Assembly (NCBI GenBank): GCA_045586685.1
Contig: JAZNAU010000038.1
Coordinates: forward strand, 66,130-130,129
Direction of reading: 5' to 3'
Source: Clostridia bacterium
GTDB taxonomy: Bacteria > Bacillota > Clostridia > HGM11514
Length of the DNA stretch: 64,000 bases
The notes beneath the pieces were generated by a model that saw nothing but the letters and a program-made list of their open reading frames with translations, was not told where the DNA came from and did not search any database. Each line of letters begins with the position of its first letter. Positions within the stretch are counted from its first letter, which is position 1. Positions 19,646-29,763 of this stretch are shown here, piece after piece. The translations under genes were made by a program, and so were the position numbers.

Positions 19646-20530
19646 TTACAATATAGTTACAAATTTAAAATACTGTTCTGCTTTTTTTATATCCAATTTC
19701 ACCTGATTTGTCAGTTCCTCAGAAGTCTCAAATTTTCGTTCCTCTCTTACAAACTTCAAAAACTGCACACAAGCTTGTTTTCGATATAAATCTCCCTGGA
19801 AATGTAATAAATGAGATTCAAGCTTCGGCTCATTTTTAAGAGAAAAAGTTGGCAAAACCCCAAAATTACTGATTGCAGGAATCCATTCTTTTTCAATCAA
19901 AACCTTTGTAAAGTAAACTCCATGCCGCAAAGGCGGAAAATGACCGCTCATATTGGCAGTAGGAAACCCTAAACTTCTTCCTACTTGTCTGCCTGACTCG
20001 ATTCTCCCCTCTATTTCCAAGGGATGCCCCAAACACTTTAATGCTTTATCGAGCTTTCCCTCCTCAAGCAAAGAACGAATCCGGCTGGAGCTGACTGTTT
20101 CCCCATCCAGACAGACAGAAGGAATGATTTCTGTCTGAAATTCAGCAAAAGCGGATAGAGTTTTCGCACTTCCGGCATGACAGTAGCCGAACCGATAGTT
20201 CTCCCCTGCTATCACATATCTTGCGTTTATTTTTTCAATTAAATATTCCTTTACAAACTGTTCGGGTAACATGGTCCGCATTTTATTATCAAAGGGCAGA
20301 AAAAGCACCTCATCTACCCCATAGGACATACAAAGCTTTTCTTTTTGTCGATTATCTGTCAGCATAAGGGGTGGTTGACCAAACAAGGCTTTCGGATGTG
20401 TTTGAAAGGTCAACAATAGAATCGGTAATGAGGTTTCTGCTTTTATCTCTACTCCTCGGTGAAGCAACGTCTGATGCCCGATATGAACTCCGTCAAACAT
20501 TCCCAAAACAGCAATACAACCGTTTTTCAT
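19646..20530 (-). CDS. ribF: Riboflavin kinase/FAD synthetase
   Basis: GMFDGVHIGH, VSSSRIR, GFPTAN. Confidence 0.95.
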   Translation of the reverse strand: MKNGCIAVLGMFDGVHIGHQTLLHRGVEIKAETSLPILLLTFQTHPKALFGQPPLMLTDNRQKEKLCMSYGVDEVLFLPFDNKMRTMLPEQFVKEYLIEKINARYVIAGENYRFGYCHAGSAKTLSAFAEFQTEIIPSVCLDGETVSSSRIRSLLEEGKLDKALKCLGHPLEIEGRIESGRQVGRSLGFPTANMSGHFPPLRHGVYFTKVLIEKEWIPAISNFGVLPTFSLKNEPKLESHLLHFQGDLYRKQACVQFLKFVREERKFETSEELTNQVKLDIKKAEQYFKFVTIL

Positions 20531-21402
20531 TCTTCATCCTCTTCCAAAAACATGGTTTCAGGTTTTATATAACAGCCATAGGGTCGTTTTTCTGCCACAG
20601 CTGTACACAAAAAGTTTCCCTGTTGGGAAAATACCTTAATCATTTCATTGTAAACAGCAGATTCATAAATCACAGGAGCACCATTTCTGATTCGTTTCTC
20701 CTGCTCGTTATTTACAGTAACGGATGGATACGGAAAAACACTATGGGTTGGAATCAGTGAATAGTTCCCTTGTTCTAACTGTTCCATTGTTACAGCATCT
20801 TCTAACAAAAACCGACCTGAAGCGCAACGTTCCAAAGAATCCAGACAAGCACCGCATCCTAACGAAACGCCTATGTCATGAGCAAGAGAACGAATATATG
20901 TCCCCTTAGAACAATGCACTTCAACCTCTGCACGAGACCCATCAAAGGAAAGCAAATCTAGAGAATAAATCGTGATGACACGACCTTTTCTTTCCACCTC
21001 TATTCCTTGCCTTGCCATTTCATACAGTTTTTTTCCGTTTTGCTTTATGGCAGAAAACATGGGCGGAATCTGAACTTGTTCTCCTGTAAATTGGTGCAAA
21101 ACTGTCTTTAACTCTTCTTCCGACAGCTTTGGTTCACATCTTTTGATTACAGTACCGTCCATATCATAACTGTCCGTTTCACAGCCCAGTAAAATTCCGG
21201 CACGATACCGCTTGTCCTTATTCAGCAAAAAGCCAGAAACCTTGGTAGCTTTTCCAACCAACACGACCAAAACTCCGGTTGCCATAGGGTCCAATGTCCC
21301 GGCATGGCCAACCCGTTTCATGTGTAAAGCATGTCGTACCGCATAAATAATATCATGAGAGGTTTTTCCGCCTGGTTTATCAATCAATAAAATTCCGTTC
21401 AT
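20527..21402 (-). CDS. truB: tRNA pseudouridine-55 synthase
   Basis: GHAGTLDPMATG, CSKGTYIRSL. Confidence 0.96.
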   Translation of the reverse strand: MNGILLIDKPGGKTSHDIIYAVRHALHMKRVGHAGTLDPMATGVLVVLVGKATKVSGFLLNKDKRYRAGILLGCETDSYDMDGTVIKRCEPKLSEEELKTVLHQFTGEQVQIPPMFSAIKQNGKKLYEMARQGIEVERKGRVITIYSLDLLSFDGSRAEVEVHCSKGTYIRSLAHDIGVSLGCGACLDSLERCASGRFLLEDAVTMEQLEQGNYSLIPTHSVFPYPSVTVNNEQEKRIRNGAPVIYESAVYNEMIKVFSQQGNFLCTAVAEKRPYGCYIKPETMFLEEDEE

Positions 21403-22343
21403 AAATCCCCCAGCTGTCCCTTTATTTTCTCTACTAATTGGGCGATTGCCTCTTTTAACGGCTTTGATGTGGTATATCCGCTTGCTCTCAGATGACCGCC
21501 TCCCCCAAAGCTTTTTGCAATCTCCGAAACGTCTACCGCTTCATCCGACCTCAGGCTCACTTTAAAACTGCCTGCTTCACGTTCGTGAAAAAAAGCTCCC
21601 ACATTTACGCCTGAAATAGATAACATGATAGAACCTCCTCCTTCTGTATCATCAGAGGTTAATTCTAATTCCTCAGAACGTTCCATAGTCAGATAGGTAA
21701 TCCCAATCCTGTTCCCCGAGAACAACTGCATTTTATCCACACATTCTGCCTGAAACCGCAGACTTCCCATGGTTACTTGCTCATACAGTTTCCGATTGAC
21801 TAACGCCGTATCCACGCCCATTTCCATCAATGCCGCCCCTATCCGCATGGTACGAGGGGTGGTATTACTGTAACGAAAGCTCCCGCTGTCCGTAGAAAGA
21901 GCTGTATAAATACAGGTTCCCATTTTACGGTTCATCACATTGGCCTCCGCAGCAAGCTGATAAACAAGCTCGGCTGTTGCCGCAGCCTTCACATCCACAT
22001 AAGAAAGCTGACCGATGGGGTCATTGGTAATATGATGGTCAATACAAGCTGTTTTTCCGCAATACAGTATTTCACGGCTACCCAAACGCGTTAAATCACT
22101 GCAATCTACCGCAATCACCAAATCATATTCTTCAAATTTACCGTTAAAAACCTGATACTCCCCCTCTAAATAATCAAAGCGGGAAAGGGGTTCTTCTTCT
22201 AATATGACATATGGTGTTTTGTTTAAAATTTTAATCAATTCTGCCAGTGCATAACAGGAACCTAAAGCATCCCCGTCAGCACGAAGATGAGGCAACAACG
22301 CAATCCGTTCTGCCTCCTTTATCCATGCAAGCAACTGTTTCAT
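21399..22343 (-). CDS. DHH/DHHA1 phosphoesterase (NrnA-like)
   Basis: DGDALGS, IDHH, SLRS, GGGGH. Confidence 0.9.
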   Translation of the reverse strand: MKQLLAWIKEAERIALLPHLRADGDALGSCYALAELIKILNKTPYVILEEEPLSRFDYLEGEYQVFNGKFEEYDLVIAVDCSDLTRLGSREILYCGKTACIDHHITNDPIGQLSYVDVKAAATAELVYQLAAEANVMNRKMGTCIYTALSTDSGSFRYSNTTPRTMRIGAALMEMGVDTALVNRKLYEQVTMGSLRFQAECVDKMQLFSGNRIGITYLTMERSEELELTSDDTEGGGSIMLSISGVNVGAFFHEREAGSFKVSLRSDEAVDVSEIAKSFGGGGHLRASGYTTSKPLKEAIAQLVEKIKGQLGDL

Positions 22344-22693
22344 GCCTCTTCGTCCCTTTTCACACGGTTAATTAAATTACAAATTCTTGCGCCTTCGGAA
22401 ATGGAATCATCCAGTTTGAAAAGCAATTCAGGTGTGGCACGAAGCTGTACCCTTCTTGCGATTTCCCGACGCAAAAAACCTTTAGAGCTTTCCAATCCCT
22501 TGATTGCATCTTGTTGCGCCTCTTCTGTTCCCAAAACGCTGATATTCACTTCCGCATAAGATAAATCCTTACTGACCCGAACATTGGTAACACTTACCAT
22601 AGAAGGAATTCTAGGGTCCTTGAGCATGGGAATCAGCATACTTAATTCCCGTCTGACCTCTTGAGAAATCCTGTCAATTCTGGCATAAGACAT
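22340..22693 (-). CDS. rbfA: Ribosome-binding factor A
   Basis: KDPR, VSKDL, LRATPELLFKLD; follows infB. Confidence 0.95.
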   Translation of the reverse strand: MSYARIDRISQEVRRELSMLIPMLKDPRIPSMVSVTNVRVSKDLSYAEVNISVLGTEEAQQDAIKGLESSKGFLRREIARRVQLRATPELLFKLDDSISEGARICNLINRVKRDEEA

Positions 22694-22761
22694 AACACAT
22701 TCTGCCTTTCTCCCACATAAAAATTTGGCAGCTTATCGTGGGCAGATAAGCTGCCTGCCAA

Positions 22762-25032
22762 TTACTGTTCAATCTGTTCCATCTCGAAACATTCGATAAT
22801 GTCGCCTTCTTTAATATCATTAAAGTTTTCAATACCCATACCACATTCATAACCACTGGCAACTTCTTTTGCATCGTCCTTGAAACGTTTTAAAGAATCC
22901 AGTTTTCCTTCATGAATGATAATTCCGTCACGAACCACACGGACTTCGCAGTTACGGCTGATTTTTCCGTCCACTACATAGCTACCCGCAATGGTTCCCA
23001 CACCACTTACTTTAAAGGTTTGTCTGACTTCTGCGTGACCCAGAACAACCTCACGGAACTTGGGATCCAGTAAACCTTTCATGGCAGCTTCCATTTCCTC
23101 AATGGCTTCATAAATAACACGATACATTCTCATATCAACACCGGTCATTTCTGCTGTTGCACGGGCAGAAGAATCGGGTCTTACGTTAAAGCCAACAATA
23201 ATTGCATTGGAAGCCTGTGCCAAAATTACATCAGATTCGGTAATACCGCCCACACCGCCGTGAATGGTTTTTACTCTGACCTCTTCGTTAGACAATTTTT
23301 CCAAGGACTGCTTTACAGCTTCCAAAGAACCTGCTACATCCGCTTTTACAATAATATTGAGTTCCTTCATTTCCCCATCTTTGATACAATCAAACAGATT
23401 ATCCAAGGAAATCTTTTGCTGAGCTGCAATTTTTTCATCTTTAATCTTTTGTTTTCTTGCCTCAACAACCGCTCTTGCCTTTCTTTCATCATCTACCGCA
23501 TAGAAGATGTCCCCACCCTGAGGGGTTTCGGAAAGACCGGCGATTTCAACCGGCACAGACGGGCCTGCTTCTTCAATTCTCTTTCCCTTAAAGTCCAGCA
23601 TCGCTCTGACACGGCCTACCGCAGTGCCGGCAACAATAATGTCACCGGAACGCAATGTTCCTTTTTGTACCAAAACAGTTGCAACAGAACCTCTGCCCTT
23701 ATCCAGACGAGATTCGATAACCGTACCTTTAGCACGACGGTTGGGATTGGCTTTCAAATCCTTCATTTCGGCAACCAACAGCACCATTTCCAGCAAGTTG
23801 TCAATCCCCTCTTTTTTCTTCGCTGAAATGGGAACACAAATCGTATCTCCGCCCCATTCTTCAATTAGCAAATCATGTTCGGTCAATTCCTGCTTGATAC
23901 GATCAGGATTTGCCGTTTCTTTATCCATTTTATTGATAGCAACCACAATGGTAATTCCTGCCGCTTTCGCATGGTTGATGGCTTCAATGGTCTGAGGCAT
24001 CACACCGTCATCCGCCGCTACAACCAAAATAGCAACGTCTGTTACCTGAGCACCTCTGGCACGCATGGATGTAAAGGCTGCGTGACCGGGAGTATCCAAA
24101 AATGTAATGGGATGACCATTGATTTCTACGACAGATGCACCGATATGCTGGGTAATTCCACCCGCTTCCGTTGCAGTCACTTGGGTATCACGAATGGCAT
24201 CCAGCAAGGATGTTTTACCATGGTCAACATGACCCATAACAACCACAACGGGGCTACGGGGCAACAGATCCTTTTCGTCATCTTCTGTATCTTGGAAAAG
24301 CAAATCCTCGTCCGTTACAATAATTTCCGGTTCTAAGGTTACATGAAATTCTTCTGCAATCAAAGATGCTGTGTCATAATCAATGATTTCGCTAACAGAT
24401 GCCATAACACCGAGTAAAAACAGTTTTTTCACCACTTCCACCCCGGACACGCCAATCCGTTCTGCAAATTCACCCACGCCTATGGTTTCGGGAATCGCCA
24501 CCACCTTGGGTTCTTCCTTTTTAGGAGCCTTTTCCTTTACAGGCTGTTCCAATTCTTTTTTCATGGGTTGGTTTTTCTGTTGCTTATTTTTATTTCCTTT
24601 TTTAATTTTCTGTTTTGTAGGTGCCTGATCAATCAACTTATCATCCGATACCAGCTTTTCAATCTTTTCGGTGTCAAGACGCTCCAAATCAACATTGGAA
24701 GAACGGGTATCAACGTAACGAACCGTCTTTTCCTGTTTTTTCTCTTTTTGAGGTTTCGTATTTTCTATTGTTTCTTCCTTATTCTCTTTCTTCTCTTCCG
24801 TTTTTGATTCAGACTTAGTTTCTTCCGCTTCCTTGATTTTAAACACCTGACTTAAATCAGCGGTTTCGTTTTTCTGGGTATAGTAATCCAGAATCATATC
24901 CAATTCTTTTTCTTCTAAAATAGCCATGTGGTTTTTTAAGGTAATTCCAAACCCTTCCATTAAGGTAAGAATTTCCTTACTGGGGACTCCAAACCCTTTA
25001 CTGATTTCATGTACTCTTGGTCTTATTGCCAT
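22762..25032 (-). CDS. infB: Translation initiation factor IF-2
   Basis: [30 protein letters not shown]. Confidence 0.98.
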   Translation of the reverse strand: MAIRPRVHEISKGFGVPSKEILTLMEGFGITLKNHMAILEEKELDMILDYYTQKNETADLSQVFKIKEAEETKSESKTEEKKENKEETIENTKPQKEKKQEKTVRYVDTRSSNVDLERLDTEKIEKLVSDDKLIDQAPTKQKIKKGNKNKQQKNQPMKKELEQPVKEKAPKKEEPKVVAIPETIGVGEFAERIGVSGVEVVKKLFLLGVMASVSEIIDYDTASLIAEEFHVTLEPEIIVTDEDLLFQDTEDDEKDLLPRSPVVVVMGHVDHGKTSLLDAIRDTQVTATEAGGITQHIGASVVEINGHPITFLDTPGHAAFTSMRARGAQVTDVAILVVAADDGVMPQTIEAINHAKAAGITIVVAINKMDKETANPDRIKQELTEHDLLIEEWGGDTICVPISAKKKEGIDNLLEMVLLVAEMKDLKANPNRRAKGTVIESRLDKGRGSVATVLVQKGTLRSGDIIVAGTAVGRVRAMLDFKGKRIEEAGPSVPVEIAGLSETPQGGDIFYAVDDERKARAVVEARKQKIKDEKIAAQQKISLDNLFDCIKDGEMKELNIIVKADVAGSLEAVKQSLEKLSNEEVRVKTIHGGVGGITESDVILAQASNAIIVGFNVRPDSSARATAEMTGVDMRMYRVIYEAIEEMEAAMKGLLDPKFREVVLGHAEVRQTFKVSGVGTIAGSYVVDGKISRNCEVRVVRDGIIIHEGKLDSLKRFKDDAKEVASGYECGMGIENFNDIKEGDIIECFEMEQIEQ

Positions 25033-25038
25033 AAAACT

Positions 25039-25344
25039 TCACCCCCGCAATTTTTTATACACCAGTGCGGCAAATCCTTCGTCACACACCGCCAAAGCGG
25101 AAATCTGACGTTTCCCCACACTTTTTCCGATGGTTTCCCTCGTGCCCAATTCCTCACAGGGTATGCGATAAAATTGGCACTTGTTCCGATAGGCCTTTTT
25201 GGTTCCCTCAGAACAATCCTCTGCAAGAATAATCAAGGATATTGTTCCCTGTCTTGCCTGATGAGAAATAGGGTCAAAGCCCATCACTATTTTTTTTGCC
25301 CGATAGGCTAAGCCTAACACGGACAACACCTCATTCTGATTCAT
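25039..25344 (-). CDS. ylxQ: L7Ae-family protein YlxQ
   Basis: LGLAYRA...G; lies between ylxR and infB. Confidence 0.85.
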   Translation of the reverse strand: MNQNEVLSVLGLAYRAKKIVMGFDPISHQARQGTISLIILAEDCSEGTKKAYRNKCQFYRIPCEELGTRETIGKSVGKRQISALAVCDEGFAALVYKKLRG

Positions 25345-25346
25345 TT

Positions 25347-25601
25347 TCAGATTTCACCTGCCAGTTTCTGATACAATTCTTCAGACAGATTCATCGAAAA
25401 AGCTTTTTGCAGTCTACCGCCCCTTTGTGACTTTTGAAAGCAAGCAGTATCAGGACAAAGATATGCACCTCTCCCTGCCGCTTTTCCGGTACGGTCAATA
25501 AAAACATTTCCGTCCTTTTGGCAAACCACACGAATCAATTCCATCTTTGGTCTGTGCTGACCGCAGCCAATACACATCCGTTCCGGCTGACTCTTTTTCA
25601 T
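25347..25601 (-). CDS. ylxR: YlxR/RnpM family protein
   Basis: RMCIGC, GRGAYLC. Confidence 0.9.
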   Translation of the reverse strand: MKKSQPERMCIGCGQHRPKMELIRVVCQKDGNVFIDRTGKAAGRGAYLCPDTACFQKSQRGGRLQKAFSMNLSEELYQKLAGEI

Positions 25602-25615
25602 TTACTCACCGCCCT

Positions 25616-26662
25616 TTAGCCTTGAGTTCCTTCCTCGTCGGGCTGACTCTGAATATCAATCTTCCAGCCTGTTAATTTTGCAGCCAGGCAAGCATTCTGA
25701 CCTTTTTTCCCGATTGCCAGAGAAAGTTGAAATTCAGGAACCAAAACATGACAGGATTTTTCTTCCTCATTCACTTCTACAGAAATGACTTTAGCAGGAT
25801 TCAGGCTTTCCTTAATGTACTCTACAGGATCATCACTGTACTTAATAATATCTATTTTTTCTCCTTTTAATTCATCCATAACCGCCTGTACACGGGCACC
25901 GTGATTTCCCACACATGCACCGATAGGATCAACAGATTCATTAGAAGAACAGACTGCTATTTTGGTTCTGGAACCAGCATCACGGGAAATGCTCTTAATT
26001 TCTACAATTCCGTCACGAACTTCCGGCACTTCCGCCTCAAAAAGACGTTTTACAAGACCCGCTCTGGAACGGCTAACAACCACTCTGGGGCCTTTTGTGG
26101 TCTTTTTCACTTCTGCCACATACAGCTTAATCCGTTCACCGGGCTGATAGATTTCACCGGGCACCTGTTCATCCGGTGTAATAACGGTTTCAAACTGATC
26201 GATTTCCACAATCACGTTTTTCTTTTCCGTTCTTCTTACCACACCGCTGACCAGTTCATGCTCAAGATGAGAAAATCTGGAATAAACCTGATCCCGTTCT
26301 GCTTCACGGATTCTCTGTACAACCACTTGTTTTGCTGTCTGTGCTGCAATTCTTCCGTAAGAGGCGGGAGTTGCATCATATTCTGCAATATCTCCAATCT
26401 CATATTTTTCGCTGTACTGTCTTGCTTCATCCAGAGAAATTTCAGTCTGTGGATTTTCAACTTCGTCCACAACCTCTTTGCTTACCAGCAAACGATATGC
26501 ACCTGTCTCTCTGTTGATTTCCGCACGAACCTGTTGATTTGCACCGTAATCCTTCTTAAATGCTGTGACCAAAGCTGCTTCAACCGCTTCCAAGAGAACA
26601 TCCTTATCAATGTTTTTTTCCTTTGCGATTGCCTCTAAGGCCATAATAAATTCCGCGTTCAT
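25616..26662 (-). CDS. nusA: Transcription factor NusA
   Basis: GRIAAQTAKQV, EVPE, KH motifs, LAIGKKGQN. Confidence 0.97.
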   Translation of the reverse strand: MNAEFIMALEAIAKEKNIDKDVLLEAVEAALVTAFKKDYGANQQVRAEINRETGAYRLLVSKEVVDEVENPQTEISLDEARQYSEKYEIGDIAEYDATPASYGRIAAQTAKQVVVQRIREAERDQVYSRFSHLEHELVSGVVRRTEKKNVIVEIDQFETVITPDEQVPGEIYQPGERIKLYVAEVKKTTKGPRVVVSRSRAGLVKRLFEAEVPEVRDGIVEIKSISRDAGSRTKIAVCSSNESVDPIGACVGNHGARVQAVMDELKGEKIDIIKYSDDPVEYIKESLNPAKVISVEVNEEEKSCHVLVPEFQLSLAIGKKGQNACLAAKLTGWKIDIQSQPDEEGTQG

Positions 26663-26673
26663 TTTTATCCTCC

Positions 26674-27135
26674 TTATTCATCTTCCTGCCAGGCAAGGCG
26701 AACGTCTACTACCTTTGCTTTTTCCAGGGTTATTGTTGATTCATTGGTTTCAAGAACAATTGTTCCGTTTTGATACTCTTTTAAAATTCCTTCCAGCTGA
26801 CGTTGTCCGTCAATCGCTGTAAATAACCGAACGGTTACCCTTTTTCCCAAATAATCCGAATAATGCTCAGGTCTTGTCAGTTTCCGATCGATTCCGGGAG
26901 AGGACACCTCAAGATAATAGCTTTGGGTGATGGGATCTTTTTCATCCAGCCAATCTGAAAGAGGACGGCTGACACTTTCGCAATCATCCGTACTGACGCC
27001 CCCCGGCTTGTCAATGGTGACTCTTAAAAACCAGTTGGTGCCTTCCTTGACAAATTCTACATCGTACAAAGAACATCCTGCATGTTCAGCAATGGGCTTG
27101 GCAACCTCCCAAATCATGTTTTCAATTTTTGACAC
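26674..27135 (-). CDS. rimP: Ribosome maturation factor RimP
   Basis: DDCE, YYLEVSSPGIDR; start set at GTG 27135 after GAAGGTGA. Confidence 0.95.
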   Translation of the reverse strand: MSKIENMIWEVAKPIAEHAGCSLYDVEFVKEGTNWFLRVTIDKPGGVSTDDCESVSRPLSDWLDEKDPITQSYYLEVSSPGIDRKLTRPEHYSDYLGKRVTVRLFTAIDGQRQLEGILKEYQNGTIVLETNESTITLEKAKVVDVRLAWQEDE

Positions 27136-27167
27136 AGTCTCACCTTCTTTTTCCCGATATAAATAAG

Positions 27168-27193
27168 AATGAGTGGATTCACACCCACTCATT
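27168..27193 (-). ncRNA. rimP leader hairpin
   Basis: AATGAGTGG-N8-CCACTCATT stem upstream of rimP, the conserved GAGTGGG...CCACTC element. Confidence 0.65.
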
Positions 27194-27221
27194 ACGTTAT
27201 CCTATCTTCTAAGTCTATCTT

Positions 27222-27250
27222 ATTATACCACACTTTTACGAAAAATGCAA
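27222..27250 (-). promoter_or_regulatory. sigma-A promoter of rimP-nusA-infB operon
   Basis: TTGCAT-17-TATAAT with TGn. Confidence 0.75.
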
Positions 27251-27267
27251 GCGTATTTTTAAAATTT

Positions 27268-27876
27268 TTATTTTTCTTTTGATTCTTCCTGGGGAATGAG
27301 AAAGTATCCTTTTTTAATTCCGTCCTCAACCACAAACTCCACAAACTTCCAAAGCTCCGGTGCGGCATATTTGACAGGCTCCATCCGTTTATAAACCTGC
27401 TCCGGCTTTACATTTCCCCGACGCCAGGTATGTCCTTGTGTAAAATAGTTGTTGATTAAGGGCTGCAAACGGTCAATAGATGCTGCATAAAGAGCATCAC
27501 GGGTTTCCATTGCATCAAATTCTTCCCAAAGGCTTCGAAGCTCCTGTCCCTGTTCTTCGGGGAGCAAGCCGAAAATTCGATCCGCCGCCTCTTTTTCTCT
27601 TTCTTCTTTATCTTCGTTCCCCTTTACATCATAGGCAAAAGTATCTCCTGCATACACTTCAACCAAATCATGGACCAACGCCATTTTCAAAACACGGAAC
27701 AAATCCACATCCTTGTCCCCATATTCTGCTAATATCATTGCGGTTACTGCAAAGTGCCAGGAATGCTCAGCATCGTTTTCCCGACGGGAATAATCCACAA
27801 GCATAGTCTGACGGAGAACGTTTTTCATTCCGTCAATTTCTTTCAAAAAATGTAATTGCTTTTCAAATCGTTCCAT
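27268..27876 (-). CDS. HD-domain phosphohydrolase
   Basis: ENDAEHSWH, LVHDLVE, DRLQP. Confidence 0.9.
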   Translation of the reverse strand: MERFEKQLHFLKEIDGMKNVLRQTMLVDYSRRENDAEHSWHFAVTAMILAEYGDKDVDLFRVLKMALVHDLVEVYAGDTFAYDVKGNEDKEEREKEAADRIFGLLPEEQGQELRSLWEEFDAMETRDALYAASIDRLQPLINNYFTQGHTWRRGNVKPEQVYKRMEPVKYAAPELWKFVEFVVEDGIKKGYFLIPQEESKEK

Positions 27877-27883
27877 TCTTTTC

Positions 27884-28777
27884 TCACTTCCCTTTCGTCA
27901 GTTTATTTTGCAATTCCACAATAATTTCCTTTGTTTGTTTTACAATGTTTTTCTGTATTGTTTGGAAAAAATATCGTTCCGATTCATAAGGGATACCGAT
28001 CATCACGGAAGGAACACCAAAAATCATTCCCGTTCTGCTCTGGATTTCCTGTTTTGCACTGACGTATAATTGATAAGGAAGGTTACACCCTTCTAACACA
28101 TCTGTAAGATAAAAAGTGTCCATAAATGCTCCGTCCCTTAATTTCACCACAGGGCCCTTTTCCAAAGAAATCGAGGTACTTTCTTCCTTTTTTTCAACCG
28201 AAACTGCTTCAACAAAAAAAGTAAGTTCCGGCTTTATTTGAGATAAAGCAACCAAAGCTCCCTTCTTCCCCATTTGATAAAGAGAGGAAAAAACAAACCA
28301 CAGATCCCCTTCCAAATCTTCTTCTATTATTTGCAGAATCACTTCACAGCAAGCGGCTCACAAGCATCCAAAGGCCGTCAAAGTATCTTCCGTTTCAACC
28401 GACTCCCCTGTCCCAACACCGCTTTCTCCGATTTGGGCAGTTCCTTGGGTCACCGTGACTAATTCCTTTTGAACAATTCCTTTACTGCCATTTTCAAACA
28501 AAATTTCTCTGTTATCCAAAGCATCAACAGGACAATCTCCCAAGGTGCCATAGTAAAACTTATTGTTATTTTCCTTATGAGAAAGAAATATTCCCTTTTC
28601 ATCCATACCGCACACATAGGCAATCCGTTTTCCCGTACCAACACGGTGAAAAATCAAATTACCGCATCCGTCTGTAGATACCTCCATATTTCCTTGAAAC
28701 TGCATACAGTATTCTCTTACTTTTTGTTCCATGCCAGAGGGAGCAAATAATCGTGCTAATTCATTGAGTCTGCTCAT
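27884..28777 (-). pseudogene. Degenerate M42 peptidase paralogue interrupted by one in-frame TGA
   Basis: ORFs 28358-28777 and 27884-28342 share a frame (15 nt apart) and together align end to end with the adjacent M42 proteins; TGA at 28358-28360. Confidence 0.75.
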
Positions 28778-29763
28778 AATACTCCCTCCAATTCTTCAAT
28801 AAATCCTTCTATTAACTTACAATATGCCTCATAATCATCCAAATCAATCACACTGCATGGAGAATGAATATATCGACAAGGTAACGAAATAACCATAGTC
28901 GCACATCCTCTGCCGTATAACTGCAACGCACCCGCATCATTCCCACCTGTAGTGGCTTTTTTGAGTTGAATGGGTAATTTCAATTTTTTCGCTGTATCAA
29001 TCATCAAATTACGGTAGTCCGCATTGGAATAGGAGGCTCCGTCTGCAACGCTGACGGCAGGACCCTTTCCAAGCTCTGTGACAAACTCATGAGAAACCCC
29101 CGTCAAGTCAGAACAAGTAGTTGCCTCCACTGCTATGGCAAAATCAGGACGAATCCGATTAGCAAGCACCTTTGCCCCTCTCAATCCCACTTCTTCCTGG
29201 ACACTAAAGCAAGCATACAGATCAAAGGAATAGCTTTTCTCCGCCTGTAACAACCTGATTAACGCAGCACAGCCTACACGGTCATCCAATGCCTTTCCCT
29301 TGGCTTTTCCGTCTCCAAATTCCACATATTCACTGTCAAAGGAAACATATTCACCTCGCTTAACCGTTACTCCTGTATCTAAATATAAATCTTGAAAGGT
29401 AAGTTCCCTTTTCCGATCTTCAGAGGTGGTATGATGTGCCGCTTTCAACCCAAAGACTGCGGGCAATTTTTGTTCTCCCACTCTGACCCGTTGACCGGCT
29501 AAAATTCTTGTGTCAAATCCTCCAACAGGCTTTACTCTGCAAAACCCGTCCTCCATGACATGACTGACAATAAAGCCCACTTCGTCCATGTGTGCACAAA
29601 GCATGACCTTTTTCTTTCCCGAACCCTTTTTCAAGGCTATTAAATTACCCAAAGAATCCTCTTCCAAAACATCACAAAAAGGTCGGATTTGAGCTTTTAT
29701 ATACTCACGAACTGCAATTTCGTTTCCCGAAACACCGTCTAACATACAAAGGGTTCTTAACAT
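28774..29763 (-). CDS. M42 (TET-like) aminopeptidase
   Basis: AHMDEVG, KALDDRVG, QEEVG, RYIHS. Confidence 0.92.
   Translation of the reverse strand: MLRTLCMLDGVSGNEIAVREYIKAQIRPFCDVLEEDSLGNLIALKKGSGKKKVMLCAHMDEVGFIVSHVMEDGFCRVKPVGGFDTRILAGQRVRVGEQKLPAVFGLKAAHHTTSEDRKRELTFQDLYLDTGVTVKRGEYVSFDSEYVEFGDGKAKGKALDDRVGCAALIRLLQAEKSYSFDLYACFSVQEEVGLRGAKVLANRIRPDFAIAVEATTCSDLTGVSHEFVTELGKGPAVSVADGASYSNADYRNLMIDTAKKLKLPIQLKKATTGGNDAGALQLYGRGCATMVISLPCRYIHSPCSVIDLDDYEAYCKLIEGFIEELEGVL

Noticed and set aside
22762-26662. Long antisense ORFs such as 25901-26638 and 23260-23826
   Set aside because: Shadow frames of conserved nusA/infB with no RBS or recognisable motifs
28358-28360. Genome-wide TGA reassignment
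   Set aside because: TGA ends several full-length genes here, such as argH and pflB
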